A stretch of 64,000 nucleotides of DNA, taken from the NCBI GenBank assembly GCA_030747075.1, contig JASLLL010000001.1:78868-142867 (forward strand). Reading direction: 5' to 3'. A program made the position numbers and the translations under genes. This stretch comes from Gemmatimonadota bacterium. GTDB taxonomy: Bacteria > ARS69. How positions within the stretch are numbered: the stretch's first letter is position 1; each line of letters begins with the position of its first letter. Below, piece by piece: positions 37,163 to 48,033 of the stretch. The notes beneath the pieces were generated by a model. The model had not been told where the DNA came from and did no database searches. It saw only the letters and a list, made by a program, of their open reading frames with translations.

Positions 37163-37887
37163 CGATTGCCCCGAAGAACGATGCTCACCCACATGCTCGC
37201 AATCTCGCGAAGCGTGGAAAGCACATGGCTCGGGCGAACCGTGGACTCTCCCGCTTCGCGCGGGAAGTGCCGCACGCCGATTTCGGTCATGCGCATCTTC
37301 TGGCGCGAGGCCTTTGCGAGAATCTCCGTGTCGACGAAGAACTTGTCCGACTCGATGTGGATCGTGTCGAACACTTCGCGGCGGAAGAGCTTGAAGGCAC
37401 AGTCCACATCGCGGACGCGGATGCGGAAGAGAATCCGCACAAGCAGGTTGTACCCCCACGACAGGATGAGCCGGGAGAGGGGGTCGAACCGGTAAATGCG
37501 AAAGCCGCAGACGATCTCGTAGTCGTCGATGGCGGCCAGGAAGTTCTTGATCTCGCGAATGTCGAACTGGTTGTCCGCGTCGGTGTAAAACACCAGCGGC
37601 ATGGCGGCCCCGCCGAACCCGGTGGCCAGCGCCTTCGCATAACCCCGGTTGGTCTCGTGAACAAGCGTTCGCAGTTTCGGGACTTCCTCGCGAAGACCTT
37701 CGAGAATCTCTCCGGTGCGGTCGGCGCTTCCATCGTCCACAACGATGACTTCGTAATCCTCGAAGCGGAACTCCCGCAGCACGGAGTCTACCGAGCGCAC
37801 CTGCCGCTCAATGCTCTCTTCTTCGTTGTACGCGGGAAGAACCACCGAGATCTTTCGCCCGACACCGGGCGGGGGTCTGTCAGCCAA
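37159..37887 (-). CDS. GT2-family polyprenol-phosphate sugar transferase (DPM1/CsbB/GtrB-like)
   Basis: ISVVLPAYNEEESI...YEVIVVDDGSADRT...NRGYAKAL...DADNQFD, with a C-terminal amphipathic/TM tail. This is typical of the GT2 enzymes that make polyprenol-P-sugar donors for GT-C transferases. Confidence 0.85.
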   Translation of the reverse strand: MADRPPPGVGRKISVVLPAYNEEESIERQVRSVDSVLREFRFEDYEVIVVDDGSADRTGEILEGLREEVPKLRTLVHETNRGYAKALATGFGGAAMPLVFYTDADNQFDIREIKNFLAAIDDYEIVCGFRIYRFDPLSRLILSWGYNLLVRILFRIRVRDVDCAFKLFRREVFDTIHIESDKFFVDTEILAKASRQKMRMTEIGVRHFPREAGESTVRPSHVLSTLREIASMWVSIVLRGNR

Positions 37888-39625
37888 GGTACCCGATCCC
37901 CCGAAGCCGGTTGCGGATCTCCTCCCGCTCCGACTCGCTCATGTGATGATCCTCGCCGGTGCCGCCCTCCCCCGCCGGGGGGGCGCCACGCACCGGACGC
38001 TCCTTCATTTCGGCTTCCGTGAACACACTTTCCAGCACACGCCCGTCAAAGTCCGACGGAATCCCCAGGCCCAGATGGTGGAGGATCGTCGGCGCGACAT
38101 CCAGAAGCCGTCCGCCCCGGAGCACCGCTCCCCGGCGAACCCCGTCGCCCGCCGCGAAGAAGATCCCGTTCATCCGATGGTCTCCTGAGTTTCCGTACAC
38201 CGGTTCGATGAATCGGTTCGAGGTAAAATCCACCGTACCCAACGCCTTGTTCCGCATGTCCACAGGAAGGAAGGTGATCTCCGGCGCACGGTGGACGAAC
38301 GGGCCGTCGTAGAGGTCCCCGGCGCGGTGAATCTCCCCGATGAGCGGTTCGCCGGTATTCGGGTCCTGAAGCGCCCGCAGTTCGCGGATGACTTCTTCCG
38401 TCACGCGCTCCGCCTCTTCGCCCGGCTCCACCGACCCGCTCGGTTCGCGGCCCCGCAGGTTGAGGAAGATCTGCCCGTAGTTCCCCTTGGAGTAGGCCGT
38501 GCTCCGCGACCAGTCCACATCGTCCAGCGACAGGAACACGCGATTGATCCGGCGAAGGAGACGCACGCGCGTCCCCACGCCCGAGGCAAGGCGCATCCGC
38601 GCGAACCCGAGCTTCATGGAGATCCGGTAGCCAAGCGCGGGGGTGAGTCCCATCTCGAAGAGCGCGCGCCGGGCAAAGGTCAACAACCCCGGCTTCAGCC
38701 GCAGGAACCCCTTCTGCAACAGCCAGACATTGAACACGAAGAAGCGATGGATGGGGCCGAACCCGTGGTCGGAGAGCACCACGGTGGTCGCGTCCGGGGC
38801 GGCCGCCATCCACTCGCCGACGACGGCGTCCACGCGCCGGAAGTAGTCCACGCACCGGTCGCGGCAGATCAGCGCCTCCGCGGGGTCGTGCTCCGGGTGG
38901 CTCGGGTCGAGAATGTGCCAGAGTTCGTGGCCGAAGCGGTCCGTGCCCCAGACATGGAGCATCGCGAAGTCCCACTCCTTCTCCGTCAGAAGCCAGTGGT
39001 ATGCGCGACGGTTCGCCTCCAGCACGCGGTCCAGTTCATCGAGCACCGGGGCGGCGTTCCCCTTTCGGTACACCTCGACATGATAGAGCTGGTAGGGACC
39101 GGTCGCTTCCTCGATCTCGGCGAGCAGTTCCGGCGGCCAGGTGAAGTCGCGGTTTCCCATCGGCGTGAGGAAATCACCCACGAGATTCCCGCGCACCGGA
39201 GACGGCGGGTAGGTGACCGGCACGCCGACGACCAGCACCTTCTTCCCCGCCTCGGAGAGAATCTCCCACAGCGTCTTCCCCGCGCGGGCAGCGGAGTTCA
39301 CGGGGACTTCGTCAAAGCTCCCCGGCTCGCGGAGAAAGAACTCGAAGACGCCATGCCGCCCGGGGTTCTTGCCGGTCATGAAGGAACACCACGCGGGCGC
39401 GGTCACCGGCGGAATGATCGATTCCAGCGGACCGGACACGCCCTCGTCGCGGAGCCGCGCGAGATTCGGCATGGTGCCGTCGTCCAGCCACGGCCCGATC
39501 AGATCCAGTGTGGCGCCGTCGAGCGCGATGGCGAGAACGCGGCGGGACACGACTATTCCGGCTGGAGGTACACGGGGCTCGACCAGGCCATCCCCCCGTA
39601 CTCGTCCATGCCGCGCAGGTAGCAC
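37880..39625 (-). CDS. Alkaline-phosphatase-superfamily protein (type I phosphodiesterase/nucleotide pyrophosphatase-like), paralog 2
   Basis: VLAIALDGATLDLIGPWLDDGTMPNLARLRDEGVSGPLESIIPPVTAPAWCSFMTGKNPGRHGV (Thr nucleophile, PF01663-like); LSDHGFG; C-terminal tail ...EEIRNRLRGIGYLG. No signal peptide. An alternative GTG start at ~39550, 4 nt after the DUF3604-like gene's stop, would remove the 72-nt overlap. Confidence 0.75.
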   Translation of the reverse strand: MLPARHGRVRGDGLVEPRVPPAGIVVSRRVLAIALDGATLDLIGPWLDDGTMPNLARLRDEGVSGPLESIIPPVTAPAWCSFMTGKNPGRHGVFEFFLREPGSFDEVPVNSAARAGKTLWEILSEAGKKVLVVGVPVTYPPSPVRGNLVGDFLTPMGNRDFTWPPELLAEIEEATGPYQLYHVEVYRKGNAAPVLDELDRVLEANRRAYHWLLTEKEWDFAMLHVWGTDRFGHELWHILDPSHPEHDPAEALICRDRCVDYFRRVDAVVGEWMAAAPDATTVVLSDHGFGPIHRFFVFNVWLLQKGFLRLKPGLLTFARRALFEMGLTPALGYRISMKLGFARMRLASGVGTRVRLLRRINRVFLSLDDVDWSRSTAYSKGNYGQIFLNLRGREPSGSVEPGEEAERVTEEVIRELRALQDPNTGEPLIGEIHRAGDLYDGPFVHRAPEITFLPVDMRNKALGTVDFTSNRFIEPVYGNSGDHRMNGIFFAAGDGVRRGAVLRGGRLLDVAPTILHHLGLGIPSDFDGRVLESVFTEAEMKERPVRGAPPAGEGGTGEDHHMSESEREEIRNRLRGIGYLG

Positions 39626-41055
39626 CAGGTCGGCTCGGTGACCGGGAGCGTCTCGGCCGTGATCTCCACGACATCGATGTCCTCGCCTTCCGGCATGAGC
39701 GCGGCGATCGGCCCGTCCGGCCCGACGACCTCGATCCGCATCCAGCGCGTCATCGACCCGAGCGAACCGTAGATGGCCGCGACATGGCCACTCGGCACGC
39801 GAAGGTCCGAACCCATCTGGTGCCCGTCGACGGTGAACTCCAGCAGGTAACGACGGCCGGAGGTGGCGTAGCAGCGACGCTCACGAAGCGCGTCCAGCAC
39901 GGCCTCGCGGGTCAGTTCCTTTGCGAGAACGGCGGTCAGCCCGACAGGCCAGATGCTGTCCCCGGTGCGAATGCCCATGGGGTTGCCGGGTTGCGTCGAG
40001 CGAATGTCCCCGGTGCCGATGAAGCCCACGCGCGCCCCGGAGGCGAGAAGGTCCTTCGCGTAGGGACCGGGCGCGTCTCCGGTGTCCGGCGGGCGCGGAA
40101 GCCCGGCCGATTCAAACATCCCGAGCGACGAAACCACTTCCACCAGCCCCTCCCGCGACGGGGCTACGGAGGCGGGATCCACGGCGGGACGCGTCGTGGT
40201 TCCGGGCGGGTGCGGCACCGCGAGGATGGCACCGTCAGGAAGCGCGGCGGCGAGTTTCTCCGGTGTGTCGAATCCGGCCGCGTTCGACCACAACCGCTCC
40301 GGCGGCCCCGGGAGAAGCACGAGGCGATCCCCATACTCCCCGGACGCCCAGCGGAAACCATGCAGCGGGATGAAGTCTCCCGGGCGGTGGAGATCGTCGA
40401 GGACGCTGCCTTCGATCTCCATCCACGCCTCTTCGTCGAGCGCCTTTTCGATGGACGCGTCATAGTCCGAATCCGTCAACGCCGCGAAGTCCAATAGCCC
40501 CACGCCGCGCGCGTACCAGAAATAGACGGCGGGCGCGTGGTTCCCCGCGCCGAGGTCGCTCACGCCGCTCAGGTCACCCCAGTAGATCCGGTAGTCGGGA
40601 TCCGTCTGGACGACGAAGGCGTTCGCTTCCGCCGACACGGTGTCCTCCGGAACGAGGCCGCGCAGGTTCTGTACGCCCGGAAGCTCAAAGACGAGGCCTT
40701 CCATCAGGTAGAAACCGTCTTCGTCCGGCTCCCAGGAAGCGCGGTCCATCTTCTGGAACGGGTTCTCGGCGGAGGCTTCCACGCGAAACCCGCCTTCGAA
40801 GTCGTAGTCCGGCGCGCCAACCTGCGTCACGACGCGCATCTTGAGGTCGACTTCTTCGCCCGCCTTCACGATGGACGGGATCACGAGATGGACATAGGTA
40901 CCCACTTCCGTCACGGGCACGGAGGGGCCTGCCGATTCGGTTCCGCCCTCCGACGGGACGGCGGCATCCTCGGTGCCTTTGCCGCATCCGGGGAGAAGGA
41001 GAGCCAGCGCGACGAGCCATGCCGTCGCGACGGTTGTTGTTCCACCGTGCATCAT
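39553..41055 (-). CDS. Lipoprotein, DUF3604-like (my family assignment is uncertain)
   Basis: Lipoprotein signal (LVALALLLPGCG). No catalytic motif I can recognise; the segments RCYATSGRRYLLEF and AVPHPPG are reminiscent of DUF3604/PHP-like secreted proteins. Coding potential looks good throughout. Confidence 0.5.
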   Translation of the reverse strand: MMHGGTTTVATAWLVALALLLPGCGKGTEDAAVPSEGGTESAGPSVPVTEVGTYVHLVIPSIVKAGEEVDLKMRVVTQVGAPDYDFEGGFRVEASAENPFQKMDRASWEPDEDGFYLMEGLVFELPGVQNLRGLVPEDTVSAEANAFVVQTDPDYRIYWGDLSGVSDLGAGNHAPAVYFWYARGVGLLDFAALTDSDYDASIEKALDEEAWMEIEGSVLDDLHRPGDFIPLHGFRWASGEYGDRLVLLPGPPERLWSNAAGFDTPEKLAAALPDGAILAVPHPPGTTTRPAVDPASVAPSREGLVEVVSSLGMFESAGLPRPPDTGDAPGPYAKDLLASGARVGFIGTGDIRSTQPGNPMGIRTGDSIWPVGLTAVLAKELTREAVLDALRERRCYATSGRRYLLEFTVDGHQMGSDLRVPSGHVAAIYGSLGSMTRWMRIEVVGPDGPIAALMPEGEDIDVVEITAETLPVTEPTWCYLRGMDEYGGMAWSSPVYLQPE

Positions 41056-41090
41056 CCGGATTCCTCCCGGCCCGTGGGCCGCGTGTCCTG

Positions 41091-42422
41091 TCAGTCGAGA
41101 TACCCCAGTGCGCGAAGCCGGGACACAATCTCCGCGTCCACCGGGGAGGCAACGGGCGCCCCTCCGCGCTCTCGATCCACTTCCGGCTCCCAGGAGGGAA
41201 TCTCCTGAACGGGATGTCCAAAGAGGTGTTCCTCTTCGAAGAGATCCAGCGCGGGGCTTCCGTCCATGTCCGTCGCCACCGGCAGCCCGGAAGCATAGAG
41301 GAGGGTTGGCGTGAAGTCGACCACCGACGCCGGGGGCAGAAGGCCTTCGCGGAGCCCCGGCCCGTCACTGAGAAGAATGCCGCTGGAGCGATGCCACCCG
41401 GAACTGGTGGCTCGCGCGGGGTCGCGGTTTTCGCGAAACCCGTGGTCCGACAGAATAAAGAGCCGCGTGGGCTCCTCCTCGCGGGCGAGGACGCCGGTGA
41501 GGATATCGTCGACGGAGCGGTACGCGCTCTCGATGCTGAGTCCGTAGGCCGCCACTTCGGCGGGGTCCACCTTGCCGAGAGCGTAGGTGTCCGGCTCCAT
41601 GTACTTCCAGAACCGGTGACCCACGACATCCACCGACCCGAAATAGAGAAACTCCACATCCGCGCGTTCCGCCGGCTGTGAACGGTCCGCAAGGTGGTGG
41701 TAGATGCGTTCGTAGGTGCGGTCGCTGGCCCACGACCAGCGCATGCCCTCCAGCGATCGGGCGGCGTCGGGCGATGGCGCACGGGGAAGGGGAACGCCGG
41801 TGAAGCGCGCGGCGAGTTCATGGTCGCCAATGGAATCGGGGCGCGTCTTCAGCGCGGACAGCTCCTCTTGAAGCCCGGGCGGCCAGACTTGATCGCGGAT
41901 GCCTTCGACGAAGGTGCCCTTCAGCGGACGGCTGGCCTTGTCGCCGCTCCATCCCGCAAAAAAGGGCGTGTACGAAGAGATCATCACGCCATTCACCGGC
42001 TCCGCGGGCCAGGTGGCCAGCCAGCCGTACACGCCCACCGTGCGATCGCGTGCGGAGAGGATGTTCCAGGCAGCGGCGACGCGGCGCTGGTTGGAGGTGA
42101 CAGGCTGAATGGAGCCGTCTTCGCCGCGCGTCACGAAGTGGTGGATGCCGTGGCGCTCGGGGAGGACGCCGGTGGCGGCGGTGGTCCAGATGGTGGGCGA
42201 GAGGCGCTCGGGAATGAGCGACACGAGCGTTCGCCGGGAACCCGTGCGGAGGATGCGCTTCATGGCGGGGAGCTTCCCCTGCCGCACGAGCGGGAGCGCG
42301 CGGTCCCAGTCCGCGCCGTCGATCCCGAAGACGATGACGCGCGGGGCGGGGTTGTCGCCTCCACCGGAACATCCGGCCGCGAAGAGGAGCGCGGCGGCGA
42401 GCGGAAGCGACAAGCGCCTCAC
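41091..42422 (-). CDS. Alkaline-phosphatase-superfamily lipoprotein (type I phosphodiesterase/NPP-like), paralog 3
   Basis: The likely start is a GTG overlapping the glyS stop (GTGA), giving [21 protein letters not shown] (lipobox). RVIVFGIDGADWD...LVSLIPERLSPTIWTTAATGVLPERHG (Ser nucleophile); LSDHGF; C-terminal tail ...AEIVSRLRALGYLD. Confidence 0.75.
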   Translation of the reverse strand: MRRLSLPLAAALLFAAGCSGGGDNPAPRVIVFGIDGADWDRALPLVRQGKLPAMKRILRTGSRRTLVSLIPERLSPTIWTTAATGVLPERHGIHHFVTRGEDGSIQPVTSNQRRVAAAWNILSARDRTVGVYGWLATWPAEPVNGVMISSYTPFFAGWSGDKASRPLKGTFVEGIRDQVWPPGLQEELSALKTRPDSIGDHELAARFTGVPLPRAPSPDAARSLEGMRWSWASDRTYERIYHHLADRSQPAERADVEFLYFGSVDVVGHRFWKYMEPDTYALGKVDPAEVAAYGLSIESAYRSVDDILTGVLAREEEPTRLFILSDHGFRENRDPARATSSGWHRSSGILLSDGPGLREGLLPPASVVDFTPTLLYASGLPVATDMDGSPALDLFEEEHLFGHPVQEIPSWEPEVDRERGGAPVASPVDAEIVSRLRALGYLD

Positions 42423-44514
42423 GCGGCGCCACGCTCCGGAGGGGAGATCCTCGACAGATCCGCAAGCCCGGCGAAGCGGTCCGCGATGCGCCCGAGAAGC
42501 CGGAGGCGGTTCCGGCGGACGGCATCGTCGTCGGTGAGGACCATGACGGAGTCGAAGAAGTGGTCGATGGGTCCGCGAAGGCTGGCCAGCCCGGCGAGCG
42601 CTTCCGCGTAGCGGCACTCCTCTTCGGCGCGGCCGACTTCCGCGTCCACCGCGGCGAACGCGTCGAAGAGGGCGGTCTCGGCGTCTTCGGTGAGAAGATC
42701 GCGCTCCGGGGCGCCTTCGGCCGACTCCTTCTTCAGAATGTTCCGCGCGCGCTTGAACCCGGCGGCAAGGGCCTCGAAGTCATCGCGGCTCGTCCTCCGC
42801 ATGGCGGTGAGCGCTTCCGTGCGCGCGCGCGCATCCACGGGATTCCCGCCGGAGGACGCGACGACGGCGGCGGCCACATCGGCATCGAACCCTTCTTCCG
42901 CGAGATGCCCGGCCAGCCGGTCGCGCACGAAGGCGGAGGCTTCCGCGACGACGGTGTCCGGATCCGCAAGGAGGCCGCCGTAGAGATCCGCGGCGGCGCG
43001 GATGAGTGACCCGACGCGCTCGGCGAGATTGCGGTCGAGGAGGATGCGGATGACGCCGATCGCCCCGCGGCGGAGCCCGTGGGGATCCTTCGATCCGGTG
43101 GGCTTCAGCCCGGCGCCCCAGACTCCGACGAGCGTGTCGATCCGGTCCGCAAGCGCAATCGCCGCTCCGGCGGGGGACGCGGGAAGCCCGTCTCCGGCGT
43201 GGCGCGGGAAGTACTGCTCCTCGATGGCGGCGGCGACCTCGTCCGGTTCGCCGCACGCGCGCGCGTATTCCTTTCCGATGGTGCCTTGAAGCGCGGTGAA
43301 CTCCTTGCCGTCACGGATCATCTCCGTGGTGAGGTCCGTCTTGGAGAGAAGCGCGGCGCGATCGGTGGTCTGTTCGGCGTCGGGGAAGTGCGCCGAGGCG
43401 ATGGACACGGCAAGCTTGCGCACGCGGTCCGTCTTGTCACCGAGTGATCCGAACCCGCGCAGCCAGACGATGTCCGCAAGCCGGGGGACTTTCTCCTCCA
43501 GCGTGGTGCGGCGATCCTCCGTCCAGTAGAACCGTGCGTCGTCGAGGCGCGCGCGGAGAACGCGTTCGTTGCCGTCGCGCACCTGCGCGGGGTCGCCCGG
43601 CTCTCCGTTCAGCACGCAGAGGAACCGGGGCAGGAGCTTTCCGTCCGGCCCGGCGACCACGAAGTACCGCTGGTGCGAACGCATGGCGGTGCGAATCACG
43701 ATCTCGGGAAGCCGGAGGAACTCGTCGTCGAAGGAGCCGGTGAGCGCGTGTGGCGTCTCCACAAGGCAGGCGACCTCCTCAACGAGCGCGGCATCCGGCA
43801 CGAGGGTCCCGCCCGCGTCGCGAGCGGCGTCCGCGAGAAGCGCCGCGATCCGCTCTTCGCGAAGGGCTGCGTTCGGCACCACGCGCCCCTTCGCGAGGGA
43901 ATCCGCGTAGTCTGCGGGGGAGCGCATCTCGAACGGACCGGGGCCGAGCAACCGGTGACCGAAGGTCGCGCGGCCGGTCTGGACACCTTCGATCGAAAAG
44001 GGCACGACCTCCCCGCCCAGAAGCGCCACCAGCCAGCGGATGGGCCGGGCGAAACGGAAGCGGTCCGGCCCCCAGCGCATCGTCTTCGGAAAGACGATCG
44101 CGGCCGTGGCCGCGGGGAGTGCTTCGGCCAGAAGGTCCGCGGTGCGCCGCCCGGGAGTGGTGACGGTCGCGCCGACATACGGCCCCTTCTCCGTCTCCAC
44201 CTTGACGAGGTCGGCGACGGCCAGCCCGCGGCCCTTCGCGAACCCTTCCGCCGCTTTCGTCGGGGTGCCGTCCCCGGCAAAGGCGGCCTTCCACGGCGGA
44301 CCGGTGACCTCTTCCACGCGATCCTCCTGCGACTCCGGGAGACCGGTGATGGAAAGCGCGAGGCGGCGCGGGGTGTAGTCGACGGAGAGGCTGCGGAAGG
44401 GGAGCGCCGCGCCGGTCAGGAACGCGCGCACCTCCGACTCCAGCCCGCGCGCGGCGGGAGCCAGGTAACCGGCGGGAATCTCTTCGGTACCGATCTCGTA
44501 GAGCAGGTCGGCGT

Positions 44515-44518
<4 letters not shown>
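42419..44518 (-). CDS. glyS: Glycine--tRNA ligase beta subunit
   Basis: [26 protein letters not shown]... is a typical GlyS N-terminus, with similarity across the whole length. It is immediately downstream of glyQ with a 4-nt overlap. Confidence 0.9.
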
Positions 44519-45393
<875 letters not shown>

Positions 45394-45585
45394 GGTCCGG
45401 CTCCTCCGAATGGCGAGGGAGTATAGCGGAATCCGGCGGTGTGGGAAGAGGCGCGTGGGGGGTGCCGGAACCGGCCAGGCGACCGCGCGCGGGAAGGCCC
45501 GCAACCGCAAGCCGGGTGCGCCGTGAGGCGGGCGTGAGGAATCGGCAGCCTTGTCGAAGCGACCGGGGCAGACTAGACTGGTGCC

Positions 45586-45906
45586 ATGATCTGGCGATTC
45601 CGCTCTTCTTTCCGGTCACCCACGGCTCTCCGCGTCGCGGCGTTGCTGCTTCTCATTGCGGGTGTCGCCTGTGAAGCGGGACACCTCGAGCACCATGTCG
45701 GCGATGTCGGCCACCAACCCGGCTCAACCGACCCGGAGCATCACGCCTGCTGTGTCCTTCACGGCGTGGATGCCGTAGGGGACACCCCCCGGTTCACGGA
45801 CGAACTGGTCGTGCTGGGCCGCGCGCGCGTCGCGTCGCCCGAGCGCCTCCCCGAGTTCGACGGACCGCGCCTCCCGGACTCCCGCGCGCCTCCGACCGCC
45901 TCCTGA
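45586..45906 (+). CDS. Small His-rich secreted hypothetical protein (possible metal-binding)
   Basis: Signal-like N-terminus ([18 protein letters not shown]) followed by [11 protein letters not shown]...[13 protein letters not shown]. It lies upstream of the zinc-uptake genes. Coding status is uncertain. Confidence 0.3.
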   Translation: MIWRFRSSFRSPTALRVAALLLLIAGVACEAGHLEHHVGDVGHQPGSTDPEHHACCVLHGVDAVGDTPRFTDELVVLGRARVASPERLPEFDGPRLPDSRAPPTAS

Positions 45907-45987
45907 CGCGCAAGGAAACACGAGCATGACCGCCGTGGGCCAGACCGGTCCCTGCGGCGTCTATCTTGTTGTCTGGAGGAGACTGTT

Positions 45988-47088
45988 ATGAAGACGACTC
46001 TGCTTGTCGCCGCCATCCTGTCCCTGACCGTCAGCGCCGCGCTCGGCGCGTCGTCCACGGCCACGGGCGTGTCCAACGACATGAACCCGGCCATCAGCTT
46101 CAATGCCCTGTTTCTGGGGCAATGGAACGACGGCTCATCCACCGCCGACGAAAACTTCGCCAGGCTCCAGGAGGCGGAGGTCCAGTTCACCTCGGCAGTC
46201 GATCCGTTCTGGGCCGCCGATGTGGTGGTGGCCTTCCATCCCGCCCACGATCACGAAGACGGTGAGGGGCATGGCCTGGAGACCGACCTGGAGGTCGCCG
46301 CGCTGACCAGCACCGCCATGCCCGCCGGCCTGGGCCTGACCCTCGGCCGCTTCTACCTGCCCGTCGGCCGCCACGCCATGCTGCACACTCACCAGTACCC
46401 CTTCGCCCGGGCGCCTCTGGCCCAGCGCCGGATCCTCGGGGACCACGGCCTGAGCGAGGTGGGTGCCGCGGTCGACGCCTCACTGCCCCTTCCCTGGTGG
46501 TCGGAGGTGATGGTGTACGGTGTGAACGGTGACGCGGAGATCTTCAACCCCCATGAGGACGCGCTTGTCGTCGGCGCCCATTGGTCGAACCTCTTCGATC
46601 TGGGCGACGACGCCACCTTCGAACTCGGCGGGTCGTACCTGAGCGGGCCGGGTGCTCCGCACGAAGACGAAACCGGCAATCTGGCGGTCGCCGGATTCGA
46701 TGCCACATGGAAATGGACTTCTTCGGCGAAATCCCACGGCCCTGCCGCCGAGGTGTCCGTGGAGGCCTACCTGCCTGATGCCGAGCATGGCGAGGCGAAC
46801 CCCGTGGGCTGGTTCGCTCTCGCCCGGTACCGCGTCCACCGCGACTGGTGGGTGGGCGCCGGCTGCGGGGAAGTGGACGGGGCGCTCGAACACGACCACG
46901 AGAAGGAGGACGGGGAACGGGCCGACTGGACCGAGTGGAAGGCCGCCGTCACCTATGCGCCCAGCCACTTCAGTTCCTTGCGTGGCGAGGTGTCGCGCAC
47001 CGGGAAGACCGGCGGCGAAGCGGCGAATCTGCGAGCCTCGGTGCAGTGGAACTTCACGATCGGGTCGCACCCGGCGCACCTGTACTAG
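45988..47088 (+). CDS. Secreted/outer-membrane hypothetical protein with His/Asp/Glu-rich segments
   Basis: Signal peptide MKTTLLVAAILSLTVSAALGA. It has alternating amphipathic beta-strand-like segments, metal-binding-like patches (FHPAHDHEDGEGHGLETD; EHDHEKEDGERADW) and a C-terminal aromatic residue. It sits immediately upstream of znuA. Confidence 0.5.
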   Translation: MKTTLLVAAILSLTVSAALGASSTATGVSNDMNPAISFNALFLGQWNDGSSTADENFARLQEAEVQFTSAVDPFWAADVVVAFHPAHDHEDGEGHGLETDLEVAALTSTAMPAGLGLTLGRFYLPVGRHAMLHTHQYPFARAPLAQRRILGDHGLSEVGAAVDASLPLPWWSEVMVYGVNGDAEIFNPHEDALVVGAHWSNLFDLGDDATFELGGSYLSGPGAPHEDETGNLAVAGFDATWKWTSSAKSHGPAAEVSVEAYLPDAEHGEANPVGWFALARYRVHRDWWVGAGCGEVDGALEHDHEKEDGERADWTEWKAAVTYAPSHFSSLRGEVSRTGKTGGEAANLRASVQWNFTIGSHPAHLY

Positions 47089-47097
47089 GAGGACGCC

Positions 47098-48033
47098 ATG
47101 ACGCGCATCATCCATGCCCTTCCGCTTCTGCTCCTCGCGGTCGCGCCGCTCTCTCCCGATGTCGCGGAAGCCGGCCTGAGAGTCGTGGCCACCACTTCGG
47201 ACCTTGGTGATCTCGCCCGGCTCGTGGGCGGCGACGATGTCGAGGTTTCGGTGCTCTGTCCCGGCTCGACCGACCCCCATTACCTGTCGGCCAAACCCAG
47301 CCTGGCCCGCAAGCTTGGCAAGGCTGACCTGCTCGTCTACAACGGTCTCGAACTGGAGATCGGCTGGCTGCCCCGCCTCATCCGCAAGGCGCGCAACCCG
47401 AAGGTCCGTCCTGGAGCCGACGGCGAGTTGGACTGCTCCTCGGCCCTGACGGAGGTCCTGGGTGTGCCGCACGATCATGTCGACCGCGGCCACGGCGACA
47501 TCCACGCCCTGGGCAACCCCCACTACACCCTCGACCCCCGCGCCATGGTGCGAGTGGCCCGGCATATGGCCGCACGCATGGGTGAACTCGACCCCGACCA
47601 CGCCGCGGCCCATGCCGCTCGCGCCGACTCCTTCGCCCGGGTCATTCGCGGCAGGCTGGCCGGGTGGGAAGCGGACATCGCCCCGGCCCGGGCGGGGCAT
47701 GTGCTTCTCTACCATCAGACTTGGGCCTACCTGGTCCACTGGCTCGGCCTCGATGTGTATGGAGAGATCGAGCACCGTCCGGGCATCACGCCGTCACCCC
47801 GGCATGTGCAGGAGATGATTGACCGGGGCCGGGAACTGGGTGATGTCATCGTGGTGGCGGCCACCTGGAGCCATATCGATGTGGCCCGCCGCGCCGCCCA
47901 CCGCATGGGCGCGCCCCTGGCCGTTCTGCCGGCGTCCACGGGTGCGGTGGATGGCGTCGACAGCTACCTGCACCTCATCGACGCGATCGTAAAGGGGCTG
48001 GCGACAGCCGCGGCGGAAGGAGCCGGCTCATGA
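47098..48033 (+). CDS. znuA: Zinc ABC transporter substrate-binding protein (TroA/ZnuA family)
   Basis: Signal peptide; cluster-9 SBP similarity across the whole length; a His-rich loop (VPHDHVDRGHGDIHALGNPHY) typical of ZnuA. Confidence 0.85.
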   Translation: MTRIIHALPLLLLAVAPLSPDVAEAGLRVVATTSDLGDLARLVGGDDVEVSVLCPGSTDPHYLSAKPSLARKLGKADLLVYNGLELEIGWLPRLIRKARNPKVRPGADGELDCSSALTEVLGVPHDHVDRGHGDIHALGNPHYTLDPRAMVRVARHMAARMGELDPDHAAAHAARADSFARVIRGRLAGWEADIAPARAGHVLLYHQTWAYLVHWLGLDVYGEIEHRPGITPSPRHVQEMIDRGRELGDVIVVAATWSHIDVARRAAHRMGAPLAVLPASTGAVDGVDSYLHLIDAIVKGLATAAAEGAGS

